Assembly (NCBI GenBank): GCA_964354755.1
Contig: CAYHBA010000005.1
Location: forward strand, 13,014-77,013
Length of the DNA: 64,000 nucleotides
Direction of reading: 5' to 3'
Source of the DNA: an uncultured Thermoplasmata archaeon
Lineage (GTDB): Archaea > Thermoplasmatota > Thermoplasmata > SG8-5
The translations under genes were made by a program, and so were the position numbers. The notes beneath the pieces were generated by a model, which searched no databases, was not told the DNA's origin, and saw nothing but the letters and a program-made list of their open reading frames with translations. This document shows positions 46,793-56,183 of the stretch, piece by piece. The stretch's first letter is position 1, and each line of letters begins with the position of its first letter.

Positions 46793-47133
46793 TGAAGAGG
46801 CCAGGAGTGATGATAAAGGATGCGTTGGGGCGCTTGGGCAAGAAGCCTGTCACATCGAAATACCCGTACGAGAAATCGCCTGCTGAGCCCGGATACCGCG
46901 GCGTGATGCAGTTCCACGTGGACCTGTGCATCAGCTGCGGGATGTGCGCGAAGGACTGCCCGTCCTTCGCCTGCGTGATGGAGACGATAGACGGCAAGAA
47001 GCGGCCCGTCTTCTACCTGGACAGGTGCATGTTCTGCGCCCAGTGCGAGGAGTCCTGCCCCAAGGACGCGATAAAGATGACGCAGGAATACGAGCTTGCC
47101 CATCTGGCCGGAAACCAGCCCATCGTGAAGTAA
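46792..47133 (+). CDS. 2x[4Fe-4S] ferredoxin-like subunit (NuoI/MbhN-like)
   Basis: ATG at 46792 overlaps the NuoH-like stop. Two C-x2-C-x2-C-x3-CP motifs (CISCGMCAKDCP; CMFCAQCEESCP). Confidence 0.85.
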   Translation: MKRPGVMIKDALGRLGKKPVTSKYPYEKSPAEPGYRGVMQFHVDLCISCGMCAKDCPSFACVMETIDGKKRPVFYLDRCMFCAQCEESCPKDAIKMTQEYELAHLAGNQPIVK

Positions 47134-47135
47134 AC

Positions 47136-47606
47136 ATGAGCTTCGCCGAACGCCTGACAAAAGCCCTCGAGGGTGCATCGAAAGTGGTGGTGGTCGGCAT
47201 GGGCAATGAGCTGAACGGCGACGACGGGTTCGGCGTCCATGTCGCGAAAGCACTTGGGAATTACAGGAATGTAATCAGCATCCAAGCTCATACAGTCCCG
47301 GAAAATTTCATCTCCAAAATAGCCTCCGAGAAACCCAGCCATGTGATTTTCATTGATGCTGCAATCCTCGATACTCCCCCCGGAACAATGGAACTCCTTG
47401 AGACTCAGGATCTGGCCAGGGTCAAAATCCTTACCCATCGCATGCCGCTTCCGAAGCTGATTGAGAGGCTGAAGGAGACCCACAAGGCCAAGGTCTTGAT
47501 AGTCGCCATGCAACCGAAGGGGATGGAAGTCGGAACCCCGCTGTCCCCAGAGGCCAGTTCGGCCGCAAGGGAATTGATAAGTCTATTCAGGAAGAACTTC
47601 TCATAA
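47136..47606 (+). CDS. Hydrogenase maturation endopeptidase (HycI/HybD family)
   Basis: ATG at 47136, 3 nt after the ferredoxin-subunit stop. VVVGMGNELNGDDGFGVHVAKAL and FIDAA are hallmark motifs of [NiFe]-hydrogenase C-terminal processing proteases. Confidence 0.8.
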   Translation: MSFAERLTKALEGASKVVVVGMGNELNGDDGFGVHVAKALGNYRNVISIQAHTVPENFISKIASEKPSHVIFIDAAILDTPPGTMELLETQDLARVKILTHRMPLPKLIERLKETHKAKVLIVAMQPKGMEVGTPLSPEASSAARELISLFRKNFS

Positions 47607-47652
47607 TTGCCCTTTAACTGTATGCTAATGTACAAATAGGCCCATTCCATAT

Positions 47653-48711
47653 GTGAAATATATGAATATCATGGATGACGAGTTCAACCTCAGACTTCTG
47701 AGGCTCCTGGTTTCCGGCGGGGGTGTGCGGGTGAACATCAATGCCCTGGCGAAGGAACTTAATATGCACCGGACCACAATAAAGAATCGTCTGGACTTTC
47801 TCTTTAAAGAAGGCCTTCTGGACAGACCCAGATATCCTTTCATTCACCTGTTCCAGGAATATCCCCTGCTCATACTGGCACTTGCCGACATCCCCCGGAC
47901 ACCACAGGCCAGGCACTTCTTCGAGGAGGATTCGCACATTTTTGCGGCGTACGCATGCAGGGAAGGGGCATACAACACCTTGCTCATCGAGTTCTTCAGG
48001 GACATCGAATCGTACCATTCCTGGCGCGAGAAAATCGTGCTCGAAGAGAAGCTGCCAAAGAGGGAGAGCCGCGCCACCGCGGACGTGTTCTTCTTCAGCA
48101 ACAGGCTCTGCTTCAAGTACAATCCTGCATGCTTCTTCACCGAGATAGGCGGGCTGATTGCCAGGGGCGGGACTGCCCGGCTGAAGGGCGCCTCGCTTGA
48201 TAAGACGGATTTCCTCATCATGAGCAATCTCTCGAACGGAAGGAGTCTCTACCCGAACGAGACCTTTCTCGCTGCCCAGCTGGATACGAACCGCAAGAAG
48301 GTTCAGAGGAGGATATCTGTCCTGCTCGAGAATAAGATAATTGACACGCCCAAATGTTATTTTCCGGACCTGCTCACTCCTCCAGGCTACAACATGGTGA
48401 TTACGCTTCTCGAAATTAAAGCCAAGAAAAGCCAGATAAAGCAGGATATCATGAACAACAACTACATTCCCAGGGCTTTGGAGAGCAGCACCGGAAGATA
48501 CAACACGCTCCTGTTCTCGTCATTCCCGACCATTGACGATTTCTTCGAATGGTCGGAAAATCTGGCGGATACGTACCCGGACAGCATCGGGGCCATGTCA
48601 AATTTCATTCTTTCCTCGAAGCCCAGGCATGCGATAAATCCGCAAAAAGTCTCTGTCGGGCTGATTGAAAAGAAACTGTGGGAATCCAAAACAGGAATTC
48701 GTACAGAATGA
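47653..48711 (+). CDS. Tandem (duplicated) Lrp/AsnC-family-like transcriptional regulator
   Basis: 352 aa. Two HTH_AsnC-like modules (DEFNLRLLRLLVSGGGVRVNINALAKELNMHRTTIKNRL and DKTDFLIMSNLSNGRSLYPNETFLAAQLDTNRKKVQRRI), each followed by an RAM-like domain. Confidence 0.6.
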   Translation: MKYMNIMDDEFNLRLLRLLVSGGGVRVNINALAKELNMHRTTIKNRLDFLFKEGLLDRPRYPFIHLFQEYPLLILALADIPRTPQARHFFEEDSHIFAAYACREGAYNTLLIEFFRDIESYHSWREKIVLEEKLPKRESRATADVFFFSNRLCFKYNPACFFTEIGGLIARGGTARLKGASLDKTDFLIMSNLSNGRSLYPNETFLAAQLDTNRKKVQRRISVLLENKIIDTPKCYFPDLLTPPGYNMVITLLEIKAKKSQIKQDIMNNNYIPRALESSTGRYNTLLFSSFPTIDDFFEWSENLADTYPDSIGAMSNFILSSKPRHAINPQKVSVGLIEKKLWESKTGIRTE

Positions 48712-48795
48712 TATGTTTTCTTATTATTTTCATCCCTAATTGTATGTTATTTACTGCCAGAAAATGCTATATCATTAAATACAGAAGTGTATTTT

Positions 48796-48814
48796 CCTGA
48801 TTTAGGAAATCAGG
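48796..48814. promoter_or_regulatory. Palindrome cctgattt-agg-aaatcagg immediately upstream of the gdh start and overlapping its SD
   Basis: 8-bp perfect arms, 9 nt upstream of ATG 48823. An AT-rich TATA-like stretch (tatatcattaaata) lies further upstream. Confidence 0.3.
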
Positions 48815-48822
48815 TGGCCGAT

Positions 48823-50106
48823 ATGGACAAAGGATTCAACGCATTCACAATGGCACAGGAACAATTCGACAAGATTGCGGAGCAACTTGAACTGGACCAA
48901 GCGACAAAGGAACTGCTGAGGACTCCAATGAGGGAGTATCATTTCTCGATACCTGTAAAGATGGACGACGGCACGACCAGGATATTCAGGGGCTTCAGGA
49001 TGCAGCACAACGATGCCAGGGGCCCGTGCAAAGGCGGAATACGCTTCCATCCTCAGGAAACAGGCGATACCGTAAAGGCACTTTCTATGTGGATGACCTG
49101 GAAGTGCGCAGTCGCTGACATACCCCTAGGCGGAGGCAAGGGCGGAGTGATTTGCGACCCCCACAACCTTTCCCTGAGGGAACAGGAGGCAATATGCCGG
49201 GGATGGGTAAGGCAGATATACCGGAATATCGGCCCTCAGGCCGACGTCCCGGCGCCGGATGTGATGACGAACAGCCAACATATGCTTTGGATGCTTGACG
49301 AGTACGAGAAATTGACAGGCGGCAGATACCCCGGGTTCATCACAGGAAAACCCGTGGGGATGGGCGGCTCTTTGGGCAGGACCGAGGCCACGGGATATGC
49401 GGCAGTGTTTGCGCTCAGAGAGGCATGCAAGGATCTCGAACTCGACATTGGCAAATCCACAGCATCCATCCAGGGTTTCGGGAATGTGGGCCAGTATGTC
49501 ATTGAAATGTACATCAAGTACGGCGGGACAGTGAAGGCCATATCTTGCTGGGACCAGAAGGAGAGCAAGGCCTACACATTCCTTAAGGCCGACGGCATAG
49601 GCCTTAAGGAACTCAGAGACATAACAGACAAGTTCGGATCCATAGACAAAAAGAAGGCCAAGGAGCTTGGCTACGACATTCAGGAAGGTCACGTATGGGC
49701 TGAGCAGGAAGTCGACATACTCATCCCGGCAGCATTGGAAAATTCAATCACCGAGGACGTGGCTGAGAAGATTCCCTCTAGCGTCAAGATATTATTGGAG
49801 GGTGCAAACGGTCCGACCACTCCCGAAGCTGACAAGATACTCAACATGAACAAGATCATGGTCATACCCGACTTCCTGGCGAACTCGGGCGGTGTTGTCT
49901 GCAGCTACTTCGAGCAGGTCCAGTCGAACATGAACTACTTCTGGCCCAAGGACGAGGTCCTCGGCAAGCTCGACGACAAGATGACACAGGCTTTCTACTC
50001 GGTGCTCGAGCTGTCCAAGAAGAAGAAATGTTCTCTCAGGGATGCGGCGTACATGATCGCCATCTCGCGGGTCGCGGAAGCCTGCCACCTGCGCGGCTGG
50101 GTCTGA
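48823..50106 (+). CDS. gdh: Glutamate dehydrogenase (archaeal/hexameric short type)
   Basis: ATG at 48823; the track start is a GTG. Glu/Leu/Phe/Val dehydrogenase signature [11 protein letters not shown], the GGGKGG catalytic-Lys region, and the NAD(P) fold GFGNVG. Confidence 0.85.
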   Translation: MDKGFNAFTMAQEQFDKIAEQLELDQATKELLRTPMREYHFSIPVKMDDGTTRIFRGFRMQHNDARGPCKGGIRFHPQETGDTVKALSMWMTWKCAVADIPLGGGKGGVICDPHNLSLREQEAICRGWVRQIYRNIGPQADVPAPDVMTNSQHMLWMLDEYEKLTGGRYPGFITGKPVGMGGSLGRTEATGYAAVFALREACKDLELDIGKSTASIQGFGNVGQYVIEMYIKYGGTVKAISCWDQKESKAYTFLKADGIGLKELRDITDKFGSIDKKKAKELGYDIQEGHVWAEQEVDILIPAALENSITEDVAEKIPSSVKILLEGANGPTTPEADKILNMNKIMVIPDFLANSGGVVCSYFEQVQSNMNYFWPKDEVLGKLDDKMTQAFYSVLELSKKKKCSLRDAAYMIAISRVAEACHLRGWV

Positions 50107-50113
50107 GATTCGC

Positions 50114-53059
50114 ATGCCACAGAAGCCTCAGGGCGAAAACGGCATAGCCAAACTGATCGGCGACATAGTCGGAAGGCGGTTGGACCAGTCCCCGCAGTCT
50201 CAGGTGCCCCCTTACAGAATAAACAATGTACTGGTGATTTCCACCGATTATGACTATTTCATTCTGGACGAGGAAGGCCGGCTGAGGAATCTCATAGTCC
50301 AGCAGTGCAGGAAGGAGGAGCGGACATCCGTTCCAGCCCTGACACATGCCACCGAGGAGAAGGCCGGCGAGGTCCTGAAGGCGGCGAAGTTTGACGCAGC
50401 CATCCTGTTCAATACTCCCACCAAGTCCGACATCATGGAACTGGCGAAGTCTGTTAAAGCGGTACAGGACATCCCGGTCGTGCTTGTCGGGAGAAGCGCC
50501 TCCGATATGACGAGAACCGCGAAAAGTTATAGCCAATCCCCAATAGACCACATGTTCACCTGGTCCGGCGACGGCAAGGTGTTCCTCGACATCATCCAGT
50601 TCCTGGAGGATTCCGAGCCCGAATCAGAGCCCCAAAGGCGGGCGATTCTTCTCGCTGACAGCCAGCCGCAGTATTATTCAAGGCTGGTTTACGAGGCCTA
50701 TAAAGTGGTTTCCGAGCACATGGCTGCGGTCGTGCCGGAGGACCTGATCCACAGCCAGAGAACCTCGAGGATGAGGAAGCGGCCCCGCGTGATCTTGGCC
50801 AAGACAAGCAAGGAACTGGGCGACATCTACCAGAGGAACAAACACTCAGTGTCCTGCATGATAATCGACATGAATATGGAGCAGCCAGAGACCGAATTGG
50901 CAGCATTCATATTAAAATTGCCGAAGTCGGGACCGCAGGTGCCAGTAATCCTGCTTTCATGCGCGAAGCATGACAGGTTCAGATGCCTGGATAAAAATTC
51001 TCCGGCATTCTTCACGGAATGCTCACGCTTCATTGCAGATGCCATAGGCCCGACACGCCTTTCGTTCAGGGATTCAGCCGGGACCGAGATTGCGTCCGTG
51101 TCTTCGCCCAAGGAGCTGGAGGCTGCCATGTGGAGCCTGCCCGCCGAGTCATTCGATCGGCACATGGACAATGGCGACGTGGCGAGATGGCTGGACGTGC
51201 TAATGGAGTCCGAGCTTTCCGAAAGGATCCGCAGACTCGTCAAATCCACGGGCGACATAGAGGAGCTTAGGAACAAGGCCATCAGTGCCATTTCGGAGCA
51301 CAGGAAAGCGGTCCAGAAGGGCGTGATAACGACTTACTCGAGGGGAGAAAACGAGCAGTCCAGGTTCAGCCGGATCGGCAAGGGCGCGATGGGCGGCAAA
51401 GCCCGCGGCCTGGCTTTCGCTGACAAGCTCATAAGCACCTACCTCGGGGAGGGCACGGTGCCCGGCATCAGCGTCAGGATTCCGAGGACCATTGTCCTCT
51501 GCTCGGACATATTCGACCAGTTCATCGAGGACAACGGCATCGACATAGAGGACCTGAGCCATCATTCGGACGAGAGAATAGCCCAGAAATTCATGGAAGG
51601 CGACCTTCCTGCGCCGGTGCTTGGGGACATCCGGGCATTCATTCGCGGGACCAAGGCGCCGATAGTTGTCAGGTCGTCCAGCCTCCTCGAGGACGCACTG
51701 CACCACCCGTTCGCCGGCGTTTACGCTTCACTTCTGCTTCCGAACGAATCATGGGAGACTGACATCCGGTTCCAGGAGCTCTGCGCTTCAGTGAAGTATG
51801 TCTTTGCGTCTGTATTCTTCCAGAAAGCAAGAACCTACATGGCTTCCCTAAAGGACATAAGGGAGGATGAGAAGATGGCCGTTGTCGTCCAAGAACTGGT
51901 CGGCTCAAAGCACGGCTCGATTTTCTATCCAACAACTTCAGGCGTGGCCAAGTCATACGATTATTACCCATCGGGAAGGTGCAAGGCCACGGACGGTGTG
52001 GTGAACATCGCCCTGGGTCTGGGGAAGGAAGTGGTGGACGGCGGAACCGCCTACAGGTTCTGCCCAGTACATCCGAAGACGCCGAAACACGGGACTCTCG
52101 AAAACCTTCTTGAGCATGCCCAGAAAGATTTCTTCGCTGTTGACCTGAATTCCTATGTGAACATAGTCCAGAGGAACGAGGACAGCACCATCAAGCATTT
52201 TCCCATATCTGTCGCTGAATCTCATGGTTCCTTGGAACAGGTTGCTTCGACCTACGAGCGTGAGGAGGGGCGTCTCTACCCCGGCACGGGAAGGGACGGA
52301 ATCAGGGTGCTTGACTTCGCGCCCCTGATAATTCTTGAGACCTATCCGGTAGCTAAACTGCTTCATACCCTACTGCGCGTGAACGAGCTGGCAGTGGGCT
52401 CGCCCGTAGAGATTGAATTTGCCATGGACATACCGTCGGAATCCAGCCAGCAACCGGATTTCTATGTGCTTCAGGTCAGAAGCATGCGCTCGACTGAGCA
52501 GGATTTCGACATCGAGCTGGGAACCCACGCCCCCGATGAAATTTTCTGCCATGCTATGCATGCGATGGGAAACGGCGTCATTTTGGGAATTCGGGACATA
52601 GTTTATGTCAAACGCGGGAATTACGACATTGCGGACAACCAGAAGATCATTCCGCAGATTCGCGTCATGAATGAAAAGATGTTGAAAGGCCGCACACCCT
52701 ACATTCTTGTAGGTCCTGGGAGATGGGGCTCTACGGACCCGTGGCTGGGCATACCGGTGAACTGGAGCGACATTGCCGGTGCAAGGCTGATAGTGGAGAC
52801 GCCAATAGAGGAAAGACCCGTGGATCCGTCGCAAGGCTCGCATTTCTTCCACAACATGGTGGCTGCCCGGACAGGGTATCTGACCATAATCCCAGGCACC
52901 GAGAGCTCGATAGACTGGGAGTGGCTCGAGGGCATCGGACCGGTCGAGGAGGAACAGCACATCATGCACGTTCGCCTGCCCGAACCGGTGGAAATCCGAA
53001 TCAACGGCGGAAGGGGCGAGGGCGTAATATTGAAAAAAGCAAAACCAGGAGCTGAGTGA
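50114..53059 (+). CDS. PEP-synthase-like phosphotransferase paralog 1: receiver-like domain, receiver-like domain, PPDK_N ATP-grasp domain, substrate domain, diverged phosphohistidine swivel domain (no PEP/pyruvate TIM barrel)
   Basis: 981 aa. GGKARGLAF and IVVRSSSLLEDALHHPFAGVYAS match PF01326 nucleotide-binding motifs. The C-terminal YILVGPGRWGSTDPW...ARLIVETP...GSHFFHN parallels the PEP-utilisers motif DILV..TDPDW...GIVTE.GG.TSHAAI. The two N-terminal domains have a REC-like fold. Confidence 0.8.
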   Translation: MPQKPQGENGIAKLIGDIVGRRLDQSPQSQVPPYRINNVLVISTDYDYFILDEEGRLRNLIVQQCRKEERTSVPALTHATEEKAGEVLKAAKFDAAILFNTPTKSDIMELAKSVKAVQDIPVVLVGRSASDMTRTAKSYSQSPIDHMFTWSGDGKVFLDIIQFLEDSEPESEPQRRAILLADSQPQYYSRLVYEAYKVVSEHMAAVVPEDLIHSQRTSRMRKRPRVILAKTSKELGDIYQRNKHSVSCMIIDMNMEQPETELAAFILKLPKSGPQVPVILLSCAKHDRFRCLDKNSPAFFTECSRFIADAIGPTRLSFRDSAGTEIASVSSPKELEAAMWSLPAESFDRHMDNGDVARWLDVLMESELSERIRRLVKSTGDIEELRNKAISAISEHRKAVQKGVITTYSRGENEQSRFSRIGKGAMGGKARGLAFADKLISTYLGEGTVPGISVRIPRTIVLCSDIFDQFIEDNGIDIEDLSHHSDERIAQKFMEGDLPAPVLGDIRAFIRGTKAPIVVRSSSLLEDALHHPFAGVYASLLLPNESWETDIRFQELCASVKYVFASVFFQKARTYMASLKDIREDEKMAVVVQELVGSKHGSIFYPTTSGVAKSYDYYPSGRCKATDGVVNIALGLGKEVVDGGTAYRFCPVHPKTPKHGTLENLLEHAQKDFFAVDLNSYVNIVQRNEDSTIKHFPISVAESHGSLEQVASTYEREEGRLYPGTGRDGIRVLDFAPLIILETYPVAKLLHTLLRVNELAVGSPVEIEFAMDIPSESSQQPDFYVLQVRSMRSTEQDFDIELGTHAPDEIFCHAMHAMGNGVILGIRDIVYVKRGNYDIADNQKIIPQIRVMNEKMLKGRTPYILVGPGRWGSTDPWLGIPVNWSDIAGARLIVETPIEERPVDPSQGSHFFHNMVAARTGYLTIIPGTESSIDWEWLEGIGPVEEEQHIMHVRLPEPVEIRINGGRGEGVILKKAKPGAE

Positions 53060-53060
53060 T

Positions 53061-56000
53061 ATGAGCGAGAAGGAGCAGCAGACCGCGGACACGACCAAGA
53101 TACTGCAGGAAAGATTGAAGGAACTCAACTGCATTTACGGAATATCAACATTGATACAGGACGAGTCCATCGACCTTGAAGGAACCCTTGAGAAGTCCAT
53201 GGTTCTGATTCAAAATGCATGGCAGTATCCGGATATCACATGCGTCAGGATAATTTCCGGAGACAAGACTTTCGCGACCACCAATTTCAAGGAGACGGAG
53301 TGGAAGCAATCAGCCCCCATATCGTACCGCAGGAAGAGGATAGGCGCGGTCGAGATTTATTACCTCGTGTACAAGGAAACCGCAGACGAGGGCCCGTTCC
53401 TTCGGGAAGAAAGAAGGCTGCTTAATGCGGTCGCGGACCTCCTTTCAACTTATATCGAAAAGCAGGACATCAACATAAAGCTGAACGGATTCGAGACCAA
53501 GGAGAAACCAATCGACAAAAACGACTGGGAAATAATACTCGAGCTTCTGGTGAAGACCGATCCGAGGGGCGCGCTGCGCATCACAAGGCGAATGATATAC
53601 TACCTTTACAGGATTCAGAACGAGGAGATCACCGGAATCCTGGCCAAAGTGTGTCCGATAGATGGTAAAGCAGACGAGTGGTGTGGCATCAATATACCCA
53701 ATCCGAAAGAGGACGCGCAGGAGCTTCAGAGAGTTCAGAGAAAGGTCTTCGAGATAGCCAAAAGAGCCATCCCCAAGGAGGAAATATCTGATCTCTTCCA
53801 GACCTGGCTGAAATCCGACAAGGGCCGTCCGCTTCTTATAGCCTCCCAGAAGCAAGGCATATCGCTGGGCGAGATAACCAGCGAAATAAACAGGTATTGG
53901 GACATTCCCGAGGATGCTAGGGTGCTTATGCCCGAGGACGAGCGAGCGATAAGCGCGGGCCTCATCCGCCGGTTCTTCTCCGGGCGTCTGAACTACCTGA
54001 ATGTGGCAAAGGACTACATTCACCTGGACGATTTTGTTGACCTCACAAAGCGCATTGTCGGCCCCTCCCAGGGAGAAGGGAAACTGGGTGGCAAGAGCTC
54101 GGGCCTGTACCTCGCCCACAAGATTGTGGAGGTCGAGAAGAAGCGGGTGAAGGACCTTGAGAACATTAAAACTCCGAAGAGTTGGTATCTCACCTCCGAT
54201 TCGATGATGCACCTGATACGCTACAACGACCTTGACGACCTGATAAATATAAAATATCTCGACCCGAACGAGATACGCCAAGAACATGCGTTCCTGGAAC
54301 AGCTTTTCAAGAACTCCGTGTTCCCGCCGGACATAATCTCCGGGCTGAGGAGCGTCCTGCTGGACGCAGGGGACCATCCGATAATCGTGAGGTCTTCGAG
54401 CCTTCTCGAGGACAGCTTCGAGGCTGCATTCTCAGGCAAGTATAAGAGCCTGTTCCTTGTGAACACTGGTACGCTCGAGGAGAGGCTGAGCAACCTGATG
54501 AACGCCATAGCGGAAATTTACGCATCCGTATTCGCCCCCTCGCCCCTGGAATACAGGAGGGAGCGCGGCCTTCTCGAGTTCTCAGAGGAGATGAGTATTC
54601 TGATACAGGAGGTGGTCGGCACCAGGATAGGCCCATACTTCCTCCCGGTTTATGCGGGTGTATCGCTTTGCAACAACGAGTTCAGCTGGTCCCCGCGGAT
54701 ACGCAGGGAGGACGGCATGGTCAGGCTCGTTTCCGGGCTGGGCACCAGGGCAGTGGACCGCGTTGGGGACGATTACCCCGTGCTCATGGCTCCGTTCAGG
54801 CCCGAGATACGCGTCAACAGGCTGATCGACGAGGCCATACAGTACTCCCAACGCTATATCGACGTGATAAATGTCGAGAAGCGAACCTTGGAGACAGTCG
54901 ACAGCACTGAACTCCTTACGAAATACTGGGACGAGTACCCAATGGTTCACCAGATGATATCCTTACACAAGGAGGGAATGCTCCAGCCAGCCAGGAGCGT
55001 CCTGATAGATTCCGAAGGCGCAGACATGGTCATCACCTTCGACAAGATGATAGAAAAGACAGAGTTTGTCCCGCAGATCAAAGCCCTCCTTACAATTCTG
55101 AAGAACAAGCTCGAGACACCAGTTGACATTGAGTTCGCCTATGACGGCAAGAACCTTTACCTGCTCCAATGCAGGCCCCAGCACCAGGCCTTGGAGGTCG
55201 ACAGGGTCCCTGTCCCCAAGAACATTGCCCCCAACAGGAAGCTGTTCTCAGCGAACAAGTATATCACGACCAGCCACCTGGAAAACATCGAGTACCTGGT
55301 TTACGTCGACCCGAACGAGTACAGCGACCTCAAGGACCGCAACCAGATGCTGGACGTCGCCAAGGCCGTGGGTATATTGAACAAGCAGCTTCCGAAGAGG
55401 CGCTTCATCCTGATGGGCCCGGGCAGGTGGGGCAGCAGGGGCGACATCAAGCTGGGCGTCCCGGTCCAGTATTCGGACATCAACAACACCTCGCTTCTGA
55501 TAGAGATAGCCAGGCAAAGAGGCGGGTATCAGCCGGACCTGTCGTTCGGGACTCATTTCTTCCAGGACCTGGTCGAGGCGGACATCCATTACATGCCGCT
55601 GTATCCCGACGAGACTGGCAACCTTCTCAACGAGGAATTCATATCCATGGCACCGAACAGGCTTGCTGAGCTTGTTCCGAAATACAAGGCTCTTGAGCAT
55701 GTGATAAAGGTGGTGCGGATATCCGATGTGGAGGACGGCGGCACCATGACTGTGGTCATGGACGGCGAAGCGAACCTGGCGCTTGCTTACACTGTTCCTG
55801 CGGACCATTGGATATGGCGTGTCAGGAAGGCCGAGGAGATTGGGATGGCGCTCGACACCGAGCTTTACGGTGTCGAGGCAATGTATCTGATTGGCAGCTC
55901 CAAGGACGGCACTGCCAGGGCAGCCAGCGATCTTGACCTGGTGATTCATGCGAAGGGGTCCCAGGACCAGACCGAATCCCTCTTGCGTTGGCTCAAAGGA

Positions 56001-56183
56001 TGGGATGAGAAACTCGCGGCTGAGAACCGCGAGCGCACAGGCGCGGATACCACAGAGATACTGGATGTACACATTGTCACCGACGAGGATATTGCCGCGA
56101 AATCGTCATGGGCCGCCCACATAGGCAATCCCTACAACCCTGCGAGGGAGATAAGGTTAAGGAAGCCAGCTACCGATGAGTGA
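53061..56183 (+). CDS. PEP-synthase-like phosphotransferase paralog 2: GAF-like sensor, PPDK_N ATP-grasp domain, substrate domain, swivel domain, C-terminal minimal nucleotidyltransferase (Pol-beta superfamily)
   Basis: 1040 aa. The N-terminus resembles an archaeal GAF sensor (LKELNCIYGISTL...QYPDITCVRII...). PPDK_N motifs GGKSSGLYLA and IIVRSSSLLEDSFEAAFSGKY. C-terminal swivel block FILMGPGRWGSRGD...GTHFFQD. The final ~120 aa carry an MNT motif YLIGSSKDGTARAASDLDLVIHA. Confidence 0.8.
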   Translation: MSEKEQQTADTTKILQERLKELNCIYGISTLIQDESIDLEGTLEKSMVLIQNAWQYPDITCVRIISGDKTFATTNFKETEWKQSAPISYRRKRIGAVEIYYLVYKETADEGPFLREERRLLNAVADLLSTYIEKQDINIKLNGFETKEKPIDKNDWEIILELLVKTDPRGALRITRRMIYYLYRIQNEEITGILAKVCPIDGKADEWCGINIPNPKEDAQELQRVQRKVFEIAKRAIPKEEISDLFQTWLKSDKGRPLLIASQKQGISLGEITSEINRYWDIPEDARVLMPEDERAISAGLIRRFFSGRLNYLNVAKDYIHLDDFVDLTKRIVGPSQGEGKLGGKSSGLYLAHKIVEVEKKRVKDLENIKTPKSWYLTSDSMMHLIRYNDLDDLINIKYLDPNEIRQEHAFLEQLFKNSVFPPDIISGLRSVLLDAGDHPIIVRSSSLLEDSFEAAFSGKYKSLFLVNTGTLEERLSNLMNAIAEIYASVFAPSPLEYRRERGLLEFSEEMSILIQEVVGTRIGPYFLPVYAGVSLCNNEFSWSPRIRREDGMVRLVSGLGTRAVDRVGDDYPVLMAPFRPEIRVNRLIDEAIQYSQRYIDVINVEKRTLETVDSTELLTKYWDEYPMVHQMISLHKEGMLQPARSVLIDSEGADMVITFDKMIEKTEFVPQIKALLTILKNKLETPVDIEFAYDGKNLYLLQCRPQHQALEVDRVPVPKNIAPNRKLFSANKYITTSHLENIEYLVYVDPNEYSDLKDRNQMLDVAKAVGILNKQLPKRRFILMGPGRWGSRGDIKLGVPVQYSDINNTSLLIEIARQRGGYQPDLSFGTHFFQDLVEADIHYMPLYPDETGNLLNEEFISMAPNRLAELVPKYKALEHVIKVVRISDVEDGGTMTVVMDGEANLALAYTVPADHWIWRVRKAEEIGMALDTELYGVEAMYLIGSSKDGTARAASDLDLVIHAKGSQDQTESLLRWLKGWDEKLAAENRERTGADTTEILDVHIVTDEDIAAKSSWAAHIGNPYNPAREIRLRKPATDE

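Noticed and set aside
39333-47133. Annotation of the operon as NADH:quinone oxidoreductase (complex I) or F420H2 dehydrogenase (Fpo).
   Set aside because: The D-subunit keeps both [NiFe] cysteine motifs and a processed C-terminal tail, and a HycI protease gene follows. No NuoE/F/G or FpoF/O genes are present. The Mbh-like gene order fits a group-4 hydrogenase.
47653-48711. Possible Orc1/Cdc6 or other AAA+ initiator, considered because a DnaA-like gene is present in the window.
   Set aside because: There are no Walker motifs. The sequence is two Lrp/AsnC-type HTH plus RAM units in tandem.
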